Origin: Capsulimonadaceae bacterium
GTDB lineage: Bacteria; Armatimonadota; Armatimonadia; Armatimonadales; Capsulimonadaceae
Reading direction: 5' to 3'
Assembly: GCA_965215505.1 (NCBI GenBank)
Contig: OZ244065.1
Location: 4,032,001 to 4,096,000 of the forward strand
DNA: 64,000 nucleotides
Shown: positions 9,190-18,397 of the stretch, piece after piece
How the letters are laid out: the number at the start of each line of letters is the position of its first letter
Position numbering within the stretch: the first letter of the stretch is position 1
Notes under the pieces: model-generated
Databases searched by the model: none
Told to the model about the DNA's origin: nothing
What the model saw: only the letters and a program-made list of their open reading frames with translations
Translations under genes and position numbers: made by a program

Positions 9190-9231
9190 GGGATCATTAG
9201 ACCTCTTGCGTAAGTCGGGTATCCTGCGTGT

Positions 9232-10136
9232 ATGTTTTACGCCGATGCCCGTTTGTTGAAGCCGCCCGTGTTCAAGCGACTGACCGGCGTCCCGCCGGAC
9301 ACGTTCCAAGCCATGAGGGCGGCCCTCGCTGAGCATCTGCCCACCGGCGGACGCCGGGCCAGGCACTGCCGGGCCAGGCACTGCCGGGCCAGGCACTGCC
9401 GGGCCAGGCACTGCCGGGCCAGGCACTGCCGGGCCAGGCACTGCCGGGCCAGGCACTGCCGGGAAGACCGGCTCCTGATGACCTTGATGTACTGGCGCGA
9501 GTACCGCACTTACGCCCATATCGCCCACACCTACGGCCTGAGCGAGTCCGCCGTCTGCCGCACCGTCCACGCCGTCGAGAACGCCCTGCTCCGCTCCGGC
9601 GCGTTCACCCTGCCCGGCAGGAAAGCCCTGACCCGGAGCGACATCCAGTTCGAGGTCGTCGTCGTGGATGCCACCGAGTGCCCGGTGGAGCGTCCGAAAA
9701 AAAGCAGAGACGCTCCTACAGCGGCAAGAAGGAGCGGCACACTCAGAAAGCGCAGGTCGTCGCGGACCCGAGGACCGGGCGCATCCTAGCCACGGCGTTC
9801 AGCGCGGGCAGGCTGCACGACTTCAAGCTGTTCCCGCGCAGCCGCGTGGCGCTCCACCGGAAGACCGCGTGCCTGGCAGACAGCGGCTATCTGGGGCTGA
9901 AGAAGCGCCACGCCAACAGCCGCCTGCCGGCCAAGAAGAGCAAACTGCACCCGCTGACGCGGGAGCAGAAGCGAGACAACCGGCAACTCTCGCGGGAACG
10001 GTTCGTGATCGAGCATATCATCCGCAGCGTCAAGATCTTCCGCATCCTGGCGGAGCGCTACCGTAACCGGCGCAAGCGCTTTGGCCTGCGCTTCAACCTG
10101 ATTGCCGCCCTCTACAACCTGGGGCGGCCGACCTGA
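9232..10136 (+). CDS. IS5/ISL2-like DDE transposase, probable -1 frameshift at A7G (9697-9704)
   Basis: FKRLTGV, EDRLLMTLMYWREYRTYAHIA, VDATE, RPKK, then YSGKKERHT, ADSGY, IEH, RFNLIAALYN. Confidence 0.85.
9353..9463. repeat. 15-bp tandem repeat, 7 copies, inside the transposase (encodes RARHC x7)
   Basis: GCCGGGCCAGGCACT in seven copies plus a partial copy. Confidence 0.95.
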
Positions 10137-10171
10137 GACTTACGCAGGAGGTCTATTGTACCCCGATGGAT

Positions 10172-10314
10172 GCCACGGGGCTGAACCCCCGTACTTCGGG
10201 AGAGCAAATCCCCGCCTGCGCGGGCATGGGAGAGAACGGAATCGGAAAATCTGGAAATCTTCGCCCTTACCCTCGGGGGCTTGCACTTCTAAAGCACGGG
10301 GGTTCAGCCCCGTG
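10172..10314. repeat. Inverted pair of REP-like hairpins (REPIN-like)
   Basis: CACGGGGCTGAACCCCCGTACT ... AGCACGGGGGTTCAGCCCCGTG. Confidence 0.7.
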
Positions 10315-10322
10315 AAGGCCAT

Positions 10323-10754
10323 TCAGGCGGGGCTGAAGTCGTAGCGGTACTCCGACACGCGCCAGCCGCCTGGCGTCCTTGCCATGACGACCCGGATAGG
10401 CCCGCCGCCTCTCTGATAGGCATTGTCACAGGAAAGGCTAACGCGCGTCAAATCTTGGCTGGGGTGATACTCGTCCACGGCGGGCTTTCCGACCGCCCTG
10501 CCGTGCTTCTTCTCGATCTCTTCCTCGGCCTTCCGCATGGCGCTGAGAGTGACGGCCTCCTGCTGCGAGGCGTCCAGCAGCGCGTGTGCGCCCGCGTAGT
10601 CGTGCCCGTCCAGAGCGGACAAAAAGCGGGTGGCAGTCGCCGCCGCCTCGTCTCTGGCGTGAAACCGCAGTTGTAGAGGGATGGCTGTAGAGGCCATTAC
10701 TAACACGACCAGCAGGGCCGACCCGGCGATGACCCACCTCCACGGCTTTTTCAT
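10323..10754 (-). CDS. Membrane-anchored hypothetical protein (NTF2-like/DUF4878-type C-terminus)
   Basis: N-terminal TM; AT.FLSAL...DYAGAHALL; ...GGWRV ending. Confidence 0.6.
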   Translation of the reverse strand: MKKPWRWVIAGSALLVVLVMASTAIPLQLRFHARDEAAATATRFLSALDGHDYAGAHALLDASQQEAVTLSAMRKAEEEIEKKHGRAVGKPAVDEYHPSQDLTRVSLSCDNAYQRGGGPIRVVMARTPGGWRVSEYRYDFSPA

Positions 10755-10770
10755 GGTGACAGGGGAGGGC

Positions 10771-11001
10771 TTACGCGGCCTGCCTTTGCATGGCTTCCCG
10801 ACTCTCGGCAAGGGAGCGCGACATGGCTAGGTGGTCGAAACCGTCCGTGATGCCTGAGTCATCGGGATGTGCCGCCAGCCACTCTTGGAGCATCTGCCTC
10901 GTTTGGGTGACCTCCGCCAGCGTCTTCGCTGACAGTATCATGCTGATGAGCCGTTCTCTCCGTTGCTCATCGGTTTCACCTTCCCCGCCACCTGATTGCA
11001 T
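10771..11001 (-). CDS. Small hypothetical helical protein (76 aa)
   Basis: TATAGT 6 nt upstream of ATG 11001; WLAAHPDD motif. Confidence 0.55.
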   Translation of the reverse strand: MQSGGGEGETDEQRRERLISMILSAKTLAEVTQTRQMLQEWLAAHPDDSGITDGFDHLAMSRSLAESREAMQRQAA

Positions 11002-11079
11002 GACGACACTATACCAGATGTCGGGATGAGCGTCAACTTCCTTCGGCGTGGGCAAGGGCAGATACGGAAGATCAAGATG

Positions 11080-11163
11080 GGGAAGGAGGGCGGGGACAAG
11101 CCCCGCCCCTACGCGGATGGCCCTCGGAACGTAGGGGTAGGGCTTGTCCCTACCCTCCTTCCC
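11080..11163. repeat. REPIN: two inverted GTAG-type REPs
   Basis: GGGAAGGAGGGCGGGGACAAGCCCCGCCCCTACG ... CGTAGGGGTAGGGCTTGTCCCTACCCTCCTTCCC, with compensatory stem changes between the copies. Confidence 0.8.
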
Positions 11164-11196
11164 AAGTTTCCTTTCGCGTCCCCTTCTCCCTGCCCC

Positions 11197-11973
11197 CTAG
11201 ATCGTCGGCATGACGTTGCCGCCGCAGACGGGGACGTAGACGCCGGTGACGTAACTCGCGAGGTCCGAGGCCAGGAAGGCGACGACGTTTGCGATCTCCT
11301 GGTCGGTCCCGCGCCGCCCCAGGGGCACGGATTTGGAGTAGCCCTCGTTTACTTCCGTGCCCGCCGCCCGGTCCCGGTCGCTGATGGTCCAGCCGGGCGC
11401 GACCTGGTTGACCGTGATGCCGTGCGCGCCGACCTCCTTGGCGAGCACGCGCAGGACGCCGTCCATGCCGCGCTTGCCGGAGACGTAGGCGGACTGCGAG
11501 GCGAAGACCTGCATGGCGCATTCGGTGTTGATGCCGATGACGCGCCCGCCCTTCCCGCCCGCAATCATGCCCGGCACGAAGGCCTGGGCCATCAGGACGT
11601 TGTGCAGGACGCAGGACCGGAACTGGCCTTCATAGTCCTCCGGGGCCTGCTCCAGAACCGAGGTCCAGCCGTACTGGATGACGGCATTGTTGACGATGAT
11701 GTCCGCCGCGCCCAGTCCCGCCGTCACGGCGTCGCGCATCGCCAAAACGGCGTCTTTGTCGGTGACGTCCGCCTGGACGGCGAGGGCGCGGCGGCCCATC
11801 GCCTCGATCTCGGCGCAGAGCTGCGCGGCCATGTCCGCGCTCTTCAGATAGTTGACCGCGACGTCCGCGCCGCACTGGGCGAGCGTCCGCGCCATGACGC
11901 GGCCGAGCTGGCCGGTCGCCCCGGTCACGACGGCGACGTGACCGGTTAGGTCTAAGGTGAGGGGGGGTGTCAT
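11197..11973 (-). CDS. Short-chain dehydrogenase/reductase (FabG-like)
   Basis: TGATGQLG, VNNA, YVSGK (YxxxK), NQVAPG, V.GG. Confidence 0.85.
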   Translation of the reverse strand: MTPPLTLDLTGHVAVVTGATGQLGRVMARTLAQCGADVAVNYLKSADMAAQLCAEIEAMGRRALAVQADVTDKDAVLAMRDAVTAGLGAADIIVNNAVIQYGWTSVLEQAPEDYEGQFRSCVLHNVLMAQAFVPGMIAGGKGGRVIGINTECAMQVFASQSAYVSGKRGMDGVLRVLAKEVGAHGITVNQVAPGWTISDRDRAAGTEVNEGYSKSVPLGRRGTDQEIANVVAFLASDLASYVTGVYVPVCGGNVMPTI

Positions 11974-13463
11974 CGGGCGGAGTCCTTTCGTATCGGGAGT
12001 GAGCGCAGTGTCACCAGGTCAAGCGGCCCGATGGCGGGGACGAGGACGACGCCGTCATGCATGACGACGGCTCCTGCTGGCGCGTCGTTCACGCCACTGC
12101 CGCTGCGTCGGACGGCGAACTTTAACACTTCCACGCGGGCGAGTTCCGGGACGCGCACCGCTACGGCGAACGTCCGGGCGGCGTGGCCGCCGTTGTGGAC
12201 GGCGAAGTCCTTCTCGTCGCCTACGTCCGTGAAAGTGGAGGCGGTGAAATTAGACAGTCCGATGCCCCAGGTCCCGTCCGGGTTGCGGGCCGCCGCCGCC
12301 GTCAGCCTGGGCTTCTTGCCGTAGGTGTAGGTCATGTCGCCGTCCACGTCGCTCCGGCTGGCCCGAAAGACCGCGCCCACGTCGAACGCCTCCGACAACT
12401 GCTTGTAGTAGTAATACTTCTGGAATGTGGTGATCACGAACGGCGCGGGCGTATAGGCCAAAATGCGGGTCGCGTTGTCGTGCGGGTCGGGGACTTCGAA
12501 GCCGACGAAGTGTATCCAGTCCGTGACCCGGTGGTTCATGTCGCTGAGGAAGCGCGAGGCGAGCGAGGCCGCCCGCAGGCCGTCGCCCGGTGCTTCGGGG
12601 CCGTTGTCGCTGGCTTCGGTCATCCAGTACGATTTGCCGGTGCCTTCGACCCGCCGCGCCGCCTCCTCGGTCGCCGCCATGTTGTAGGAGTGCGAGGCGA
12701 TGCCGGCAAGGCCCGCCCAGGCCGACGGGTCGGCGCGCAGGGCGTCGAGCTGCGCGTACAGCGAGCCGTCGGCGCTGGCGTTCTCGGGCGCGATGATCTT
12801 CACCCGCGCCATGCCCTGCGCGTCCAGGTCCGCGCGTAGGCGCTTGACGACGCGGGCGATCTCGGCGGGGGTGAACCGCTCCCGGTCGTTCGGCTCGTTC
12901 TGCACGCCGGTGACGTCCGGCACGACGCCGGTTTCGCGCTTCAAGCGCATGAGGAAGTCCGCCAGGAGGTCGGCGTAAGGCTCCGCGTCGGCTTCCTTCA
13001 GCGCCATGCCGGTATCGGAACTGCCTTCTTTGCTCTTCTCCGCCATAAACGGTGGCAGGCCGTCGGGGGCCAGCAGGAGGGTGTTTACGCCGTTTCTGCG
13101 CGCGTCGGCGATCATCCCCGAGTCCACATAGCAGCCCCGGAACTGCGACAGGTCGTGCGCGCCCGGTGTCGGTGCATACTGGTCCGTGTTGAACCAGAGC
13201 CGCAGAGTCTTGAAGTTCAGGCCGCGCCAGAGCCGCCCCGAGAGCGTCTGCCGCTGCGCGGGCGTCAACTTCTGGTACTCATGCCCGAAGTTCAGGCCGC
13301 TCGCGCCGAAGCCCGCGAACGTCTGCCGCGCGCCGGGCTGGACGGTGATGGTGACCGGGGTGGGGACGAGCATGGGAGGCGGTGCGGCCTGCGCCCGGAC
13401 GGCGGCGAGGCAGGCGGCGAGGGCGAGCGGGCAGAAGCGGCGGCATGAGAGAGCGGGTCGCAT
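11970..13463 (-). CDS. Secreted clan GH-A glycoside hydrolase (GH30/GH59-like)
   Basis: Signal peptide; QTFAGFGAS; QNEP acid/base; HSY; WMTE nucleophile. TACAAT 6 nt upstream of ATG 13463. Confidence 0.75.
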   Translation of the reverse strand: MRPALSCRRFCPLALAACLAAVRAQAAPPPMLVPTPVTITVQPGARQTFAGFGASGLNFGHEYQKLTPAQRQTLSGRLWRGLNFKTLRLWFNTDQYAPTPGAHDLSQFRGCYVDSGMIADARRNGVNTLLLAPDGLPPFMAEKSKEGSSDTGMALKEADAEPYADLLADFLMRLKRETGVVPDVTGVQNEPNDRERFTPAEIARVVKRLRADLDAQGMARVKIIAPENASADGSLYAQLDALRADPSAWAGLAGIASHSYNMAATEEAARRVEGTGKSYWMTEASDNGPEAPGDGLRAASLASRFLSDMNHRVTDWIHFVGFEVPDPHDNATRILAYTPAPFVITTFQKYYYYKQLSEAFDVGAVFRASRSDVDGDMTYTYGKKPRLTAAAARNPDGTWGIGLSNFTASTFTDVGDEKDFAVHNGGHAARTFAVAVRVPELARVEVLKFAVRRSGSGVNDAPAGAVVMHDGVVLVPAIGPLDLVTLRSLPIRKDSAR

Positions 13464-13579
13464 GGCGGGATTGTACCCGAAGCGCGGCGTGGTGGGTTCC
13501 GTGTTTCGGAAACCAGCCGTTCGGATAAAGTAAAGAGAACGCCACTTGTGCCTCACGCCAAAGGAGCGTCACCCTTCCA

Positions 13580-15787
13580 ATGCAAATACGAACGACTCTT
13601 ACCCTCCTCGCCGCCACCGCCGCCCTCTCCATCGCCGGGACTGGCGCGCGGGCGGCAGGCCCCATCCGCGTGGTCCTCAACGGGACGCCGCTGGCCTTCG
13701 CGCATACGCCGGCGATGCAGATCAAAGGCTCGACCCTGGTGCCAATGCGCGACATCTTCGAGGCCCTGGGCGCGACCGTCAAGTTCGACAAGGCTTCGCA
13801 GACCGTCTACGGCCAGAAGGGCGCGACGGCGATCATCCTGCCGCTGGGGGCTTTGACGGCGACCGTCAACGGCCAGCCGCAGACACTGCCGGAGCCTGCC
13901 CAGCTTGTCGCCGGGACGACGCTGGTTCCCCTGCGCTTCATCTCGGAGTCGCTCGGCGCGTCGGTCGGCTGGGACCCGTCCACCAGCACGGTGACGATCC
14001 AGACGATTGACCCGCACCTCGCCACCCTGCCCGCGCCGTCCCAGGCGGGCGTCGTGACAGGGCAGGTGACGGGCATCTACACGAACACGACGCCCAGCCA
14101 GCTTACCTTGCGGGTCGGCGGCAAAAACACAGTCGTACCGCTGGCCCCCAGCACGATCATCCTGCGTTCCACGACGGACCGGCCCGCCGTCGAGTCCCCC
14201 CTGAGCGCGATCAAGGCGGGCGACCAGGTGACGGTGCAGCGCGGCGACGACGGCGTGGCGACCATCGTGACGGCGACGTTCGGCGAGGTGGGGGGGACGA
14301 TCGTCAGCATCGGCAAGCTCGCGAGCGGCAGTGCGGCCATCACCCTGGACAGCGGGCGCGTCGTGGAACTGACCCCGGACGCGCCCGTCACGTTCGACGG
14401 CCTGCCGGTCGCCTTGGGCGACCTGAAGCGGGCGGAGAAGGTCGTCATCCGCACCAACCCCCAGAACAGCCTGGGCTACGGCGTGGCCGTGGCGACCGAC
14501 CCGACGCCCAACCCGACGCCGCCCGGCGAACCCCCCGCCCCGGCGAACCCGTTCCCCCTGGCGGCACCCTCGGTCGAGGTGACCTCGTTCACGACGGACG
14601 CTTCCCGGCCCCTACGGGCGGGTGGGACGCTGACGGCGACCCTGGCCGGGACTCCGGGCGGCAAGGCGACCTTCTCGATCCCCGGCGTGGCCGAGGACAT
14701 CCCCATGCGCGAAACCTCGCCCGGCGTCTACTCGGGGAGCTACACGGTCACGCGGGGCACGAATGCCCCCCGCGCCTCGGTCCTGGGCAAGCTGGTGGCG
14801 CGGGGCGTGACGAGCGCGCTGATCCAGGCGCCGGGGACCGTGACGCTGGCCACCCAGCCGCCCCGAGTCACCGACTTCGGGCCGGCCCGTGATGCCACCG
14901 TCGAAAGCGACCACCCGCTGATCTACGCCACCTTCTCGCACCCCGCCGGCGCTGAGGTGGACACCGGCGCGACCAGCATCCTCCTGGACGGTCGGAACGT
15001 GACCGGCGAGGCCGCCGTGACGGCCTCGCTGTTCACCTTCCGGCCCGCCGCCGCACTGGCGGGCGGCGGGCATACCGTTTCGGTCACGGTGGCCGACCGG
15101 GCGGGCAACGTCGCCACCCAGAGCTGGGGCTTCAAAGTCTCCACCAGCCGCGTCATCCAGTCGTTCACCACCAACGAGCCGTCGGGCCGCGCCATCGGGG
15201 CGGGTGCGACCATCGTGTTCACCTTGCGGGCTTTGCCGGGCGGCAAGGCGACCGCCACCGTGGGCGGCCTGGCGAAGACGATCCCGCTGGGCGAAACCGA
15301 TCCGGGCGTCTACGTCGGCGAGTACACCATCAAGGCCGGGGACAGCGTCTCGAACTCGCCCGTGACGGCGCGCTACGAGGCGCGGGACGGCACCGTCGTA
15401 AATGCAAGCCTCGCGACCGGCCTGACGGTCACGGCGGGTCCGCCGCCCGCGCCGCGAATCCTCAGCCCGATAGACGCGGAGTATGTGGACGCGAACCTGC
15501 CGCTGACCGTCCGGGGCCGCGCCGCGCCGGGCAGCACGGTCCGCCTGGTCGTGTCCTATGAGAGCAAGGTGCTGGGCGGCATCCTGCCGGTGAGCGGCCA
15601 GAGCGCCACCAAGGACGTGACCGCGAACAAGGGTGGGGAGTGGACGGCGGAGGCCCTGTCGCTCCGAGTCCGCAGCCTGCTGTTTGGGGGCACGCGCGAC
15701 ACGGTCTTCACCATCACCGCCACCGAGCTGGATGCGGCCGGCAACCCCGTCTCGGAGAGCGCCAAGGTCACGGTCCGGCCCGGTTAA
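13580..15787 (+). CDS. Secreted copper-amine-oxidase N-terminal (stalk) domain protein with Ig-like repeats
   Basis: TLVPMRDIFEALGATV and TLVPLRFISESLGASVGWD; two PGGKAT..PGVY.G.YT modules; AAGGAG RBS. Confidence 0.8.
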   Translation: MQIRTTLTLLAATAALSIAGTGARAAGPIRVVLNGTPLAFAHTPAMQIKGSTLVPMRDIFEALGATVKFDKASQTVYGQKGATAIILPLGALTATVNGQPQTLPEPAQLVAGTTLVPLRFISESLGASVGWDPSTSTVTIQTIDPHLATLPAPSQAGVVTGQVTGIYTNTTPSQLTLRVGGKNTVVPLAPSTIILRSTTDRPAVESPLSAIKAGDQVTVQRGDDGVATIVTATFGEVGGTIVSIGKLASGSAAITLDSGRVVELTPDAPVTFDGLPVALGDLKRAEKVVIRTNPQNSLGYGVAVATDPTPNPTPPGEPPAPANPFPLAAPSVEVTSFTTDASRPLRAGGTLTATLAGTPGGKATFSIPGVAEDIPMRETSPGVYSGSYTVTRGTNAPRASVLGKLVARGVTSALIQAPGTVTLATQPPRVTDFGPARDATVESDHPLIYATFSHPAGAEVDTGATSILLDGRNVTGEAAVTASLFTFRPAAALAGGGHTVSVTVADRAGNVATQSWGFKVSTSRVIQSFTTNEPSGRAIGAGATIVFTLRALPGGKATATVGGLAKTIPLGETDPGVYVGEYTIKAGDSVSNSPVTARYEARDGTVVNASLATGLTVTAGPPPAPRILSPIDAEYVDANLPLTVRGRAAPGSTVRLVVSYESKVLGGILPVSGQSATKDVTANKGGEWTAEALSLRVRSLLFGGTRDTVFTITATELDAAGNPVSESAKVTVRPG

Positions 15788-15796
15788 GGATTCCCC

Positions 15797-16852
15797 ATGA
15801 ACGCACTACTGATGCGCCTGAAGCGCATCTTCCTGATCAAGTTCGTCTTCGACGTTTTCGAGCGATTCGGTAAGGACAACGGCGGCCTGCTAGCCGCCGG
15901 CCTGTCCTTCTTCCTGGTTCTCGCCTTCGTGCCCCTGCTGCTGGTCGGCCTGTGGGCCTTGGGGCTGGTCTATGCGGACAAGCCCAACGAGGCGGTGGCG
16001 CAGATCCAGCACTTGCTGTCCACCCAGATATTGCCGGGAGCGGCGGGCGACGAGGTGAAGCACCTGATGGAGCGGGCGAACATCGCCGACGCTCAGGGGA
16101 ATGCCGGCCCCACTCTCCTGCACATCCTCCAGGGCCACGGGGTTGCGGGCATCGTTGGCTTGCTTGGCATCGTCTGGGCGGCGATCCAGATCTTCATCAA
16201 CGGCTCGACGGCGATGAACGCGGCCTGGCAGACGCAGGAGAAGCGCAACTGGTTCGCCCTGCGCGGGGTCGCGCTGGCCCTGCTGGTGGGGGTCGGCGTC
16301 CTGCTGGTGCTGTCCCTGGTCGTGACCGCCTTCTCCACCTACGTCTCCGACAGCCCCTTCGCGCACGACGTCCCATTCGCGGGGGCCATCGAGGCCGGTG
16401 CGCTCGAACTCGGCGCGGTCATCGTCAGCGGCCTGATGTACGCCGTCACCTACAAGTTCCTGCCGTCGCCCTCGGCCAAGGTCTCATGGCGCTCCGCCCT
16501 CGTCGGTGGTGCGGTGGCCGCCATCGCTTTTGAGGTGGTCAAGAAGGGCCTGTCCGTCTACCTGCTCAAGCCGAACAAGTCTTTGTACGGCGAGCTGGGC
16601 AACCTCATCGCCTTCGTCCTGTGGGTCTACTACTCGATGATGATCCTGCTGCTTGGGGCGGAGGTTTCGGCGGTCTACGCGGATGACGTCGAGGGGAGCG
16701 CCGCCACGCGGCTGAAGCGGGTGTCCCGCGCCACCGCCGTCGCCATCCCCGATGCCCCCTCCAACTCGCCCCTGGCGCGGGCGAAGGAGAAGAACCGCGC
16801 GCAGCGGGTGCGGAAGACGGGGCAGAAGGACGGCGAGCAGGCACGGCGGTGA
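15797..16852 (+). CDS. YihY/virulence factor BrkB family membrane protein
   Basis: LAAGLSFF...PLLL; YKFLP; LYGELG..LWVYYSMMILLLGAE. Confidence 0.9.
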   Translation: MNALLMRLKRIFLIKFVFDVFERFGKDNGGLLAAGLSFFLVLAFVPLLLVGLWALGLVYADKPNEAVAQIQHLLSTQILPGAAGDEVKHLMERANIADAQGNAGPTLLHILQGHGVAGIVGLLGIVWAAIQIFINGSTAMNAAWQTQEKRNWFALRGVALALLVGVGVLLVLSLVVTAFSTYVSDSPFAHDVPFAGAIEAGALELGAVIVSGLMYAVTYKFLPSPSAKVSWRSALVGGAVAAIAFEVVKKGLSVYLLKPNKSLYGELGNLIAFVLWVYYSMMILLLGAEVSAVYADDVEGSAATRLKRVSRATAVAIPDAPSNSPLARAKEKNRAQRVRKTGQKDGEQARR

Positions 16853-17041
16853 ACCCACCCCGCTGCAAGCAGCGACCCTCCCGGAGCGGGAGGGTGGACT
16901 GGGAAGGTTGTTGAGAGGTTTAGCGGGATGATTGGGTGGCTGGGCGGTTAAAGAGGCCGCGTCAAGAAGACAAAACCCGACGACCACCCTCCCGCCCTTC
17001 CCGCTCCGGGAGGGGCAGCGACTTGTCGCGGGGTGGGTTCA
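16850..17041. repeat. MITE/REPIN-like foldback element filling the intergenic space between two convergent genes
   Basis: Terminal inverted repeats TGAACCCACCCCGC / GCGGGGTGGGTTCA, plus CCCTCCCGGAGCGGGA / TCCCGCTCCGGGAGGG. Confidence 0.75.
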
Positions 17042-18322
17042 GAAAAGCCCCCACCGCTTCTTCTTCGGGCCATCCTGGCTGGCGTCCGACCCGCCCGGCT
17101 CCGGCCCCATCTTCGCCAACTCCTGCGCGGCATATAGCCCCGGCTCCCCCGCCGCGTCCAGCGCCACCGCCCTCTGGAATTCCGCCCGCGCCTCTTCCGT
17201 CCGCCCGTCCGCGAGGTAGCAGCCGCCCAGCACCGACCGGCGCAGGGCGTCGTCCGGCTGGAGGGCCAGCGCGCGCTCGTAAAGCGGAATGGCCTGGTCC
17301 AAGCGCCCGAACATGGCGTGGAGGCGGCCCAGGCTGACGACCGCCTTGTGGTAGTCCGGGGCTTTTTGCAGGGCGATCTCGTTCAGCCGGATCGCCTCGT
17401 TCCAGTTCTCCTCCTGCTCGTAAGTCCCCGCCATATTGACGTAGAGGGCGGGGTTGTCCGGCGCATAGTCCTGCGCCTTCTCCCAGAAGTTGCGGGCGGT
17501 CTTGGGGTCCCCGAGGTAGATGGAGGCCAGGCCCAGTTCAAAGTAAACGTCGCCCAGGTCCGCGGGGTCAGTGGTGACGGATGCCGCGCGGGATAGGCGC
17601 TTGCGCGTCATCGCGTAGTCGGTCTGCGTCTTGTAGAGCATGGCGCTGTTGTAGAGCGCGAGGAAAAAGTCGGGGTCCTGCCCGATGGCCTGCTCGTAAT
17701 AGCCGAGTTTCGTCTCCGGCGTCCGCGCCAGCCGCTTGCCCTTCAGGAAGGCCACATAGGCGGGCCAGGAGGCCGTCGGCTGCAAGACGTCCGTCGTGAA
17801 GCCCCAGGGTACGTTCGCGCCCAATGTGTCCAGCAGCGCCACGCCCAGCCGGTATTGCAGGGCAATCCACAGGTCATAATCTAAGGCCAGCACTTCCGGC
17901 CTGGCGTTCGGGTCGAAGGCCGACAGGGTCAGGCTGTCCGGCGCGAAGAACTCGCCGGTCGCGGGCAGGAAGACGCGCAGCGAGACGGTGATCCGGGCCA
18001 AGGCCCCCGTTTCGGGGTGTCGCTCGCAGGAGAGCATCCCGTCCACCAGCGCGTCACACTGCGCTTTTGCGGCCAGCGCGAAGACCTCGCCCTCGGTCAG
18101 CGGCGGGGAGGGCCGGTCTTTCTTGTCCGTTCCCCCCAAGGCGTCGTGGACATCGGCATAGGCAAAGCCGCCCGCCGCCTCGACAGCGGTTTCGAGCGCG
18201 AACAGGATGCCGTGTTCGAAGAGCAGGATGTCGTCGCCGAACATGTCCGCGCCCAGCGGCGCGAAGACGAGTTTCTGCTGGGCTGACTGAGACGGCGGCG
18301 TGTCGGGTTGCTGCAAATTCAT
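17039..18322 (-). CDS. Tetratricopeptide-repeat protein
   Basis: About 6 TPR motifs in the C-terminal half (YEQAIGQDPDF, YERALALQPDD). TACAAT 6 nt upstream of the ATG. Confidence 0.85.
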   Translation of the reverse strand: MNLQQPDTPPSQSAQQKLVFAPLGADMFGDDILLFEHGILFALETAVEAAGGFAYADVHDALGGTDKKDRPSPPLTEGEVFALAAKAQCDALVDGMLSCERHPETGALARITVSLRVFLPATGEFFAPDSLTLSAFDPNARPEVLALDYDLWIALQYRLGVALLDTLGANVPWGFTTDVLQPTASWPAYVAFLKGKRLARTPETKLGYYEQAIGQDPDFFLALYNSAMLYKTQTDYAMTRKRLSRAASVTTDPADLGDVYFELGLASIYLGDPKTARNFWEKAQDYAPDNPALYVNMAGTYEQEENWNEAIRLNEIALQKAPDYHKAVVSLGRLHAMFGRLDQAIPLYERALALQPDDALRRSVLGGCYLADGRTEEARAEFQRAVALDAAGEPGLYAAQELAKMGPEPGGSDASQDGPKKKRWGLF

Positions 18323-18397
18323 GGTATCATTGTACCCGACGCTCTGCCAGGCCTGGGACTGGAAACGCGGACAGCAGGAGCGAAGACAGGTGCCGCC

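Larger units (their letters stand above)
9199..10154 (+). mobile_element. IS5-family insertion sequence (ISL2-like group)
   Basis: 18-bp inverted repeats AGACCTCTTGCGTAAGTC / GACTTACGCAGGAGGTCT (1 mismatch). ATT direct repeats at 9196-9198 and 10155-10157. Confidence 0.9.

Noticed and set aside
7826-9463. Possible CRISPR arrays (24-, 25- and 15-bp repeats)
   Set aside because: The repeats are head-to-tail with no unique spacers, two lie inside transposase genes, and no cas genes are present.
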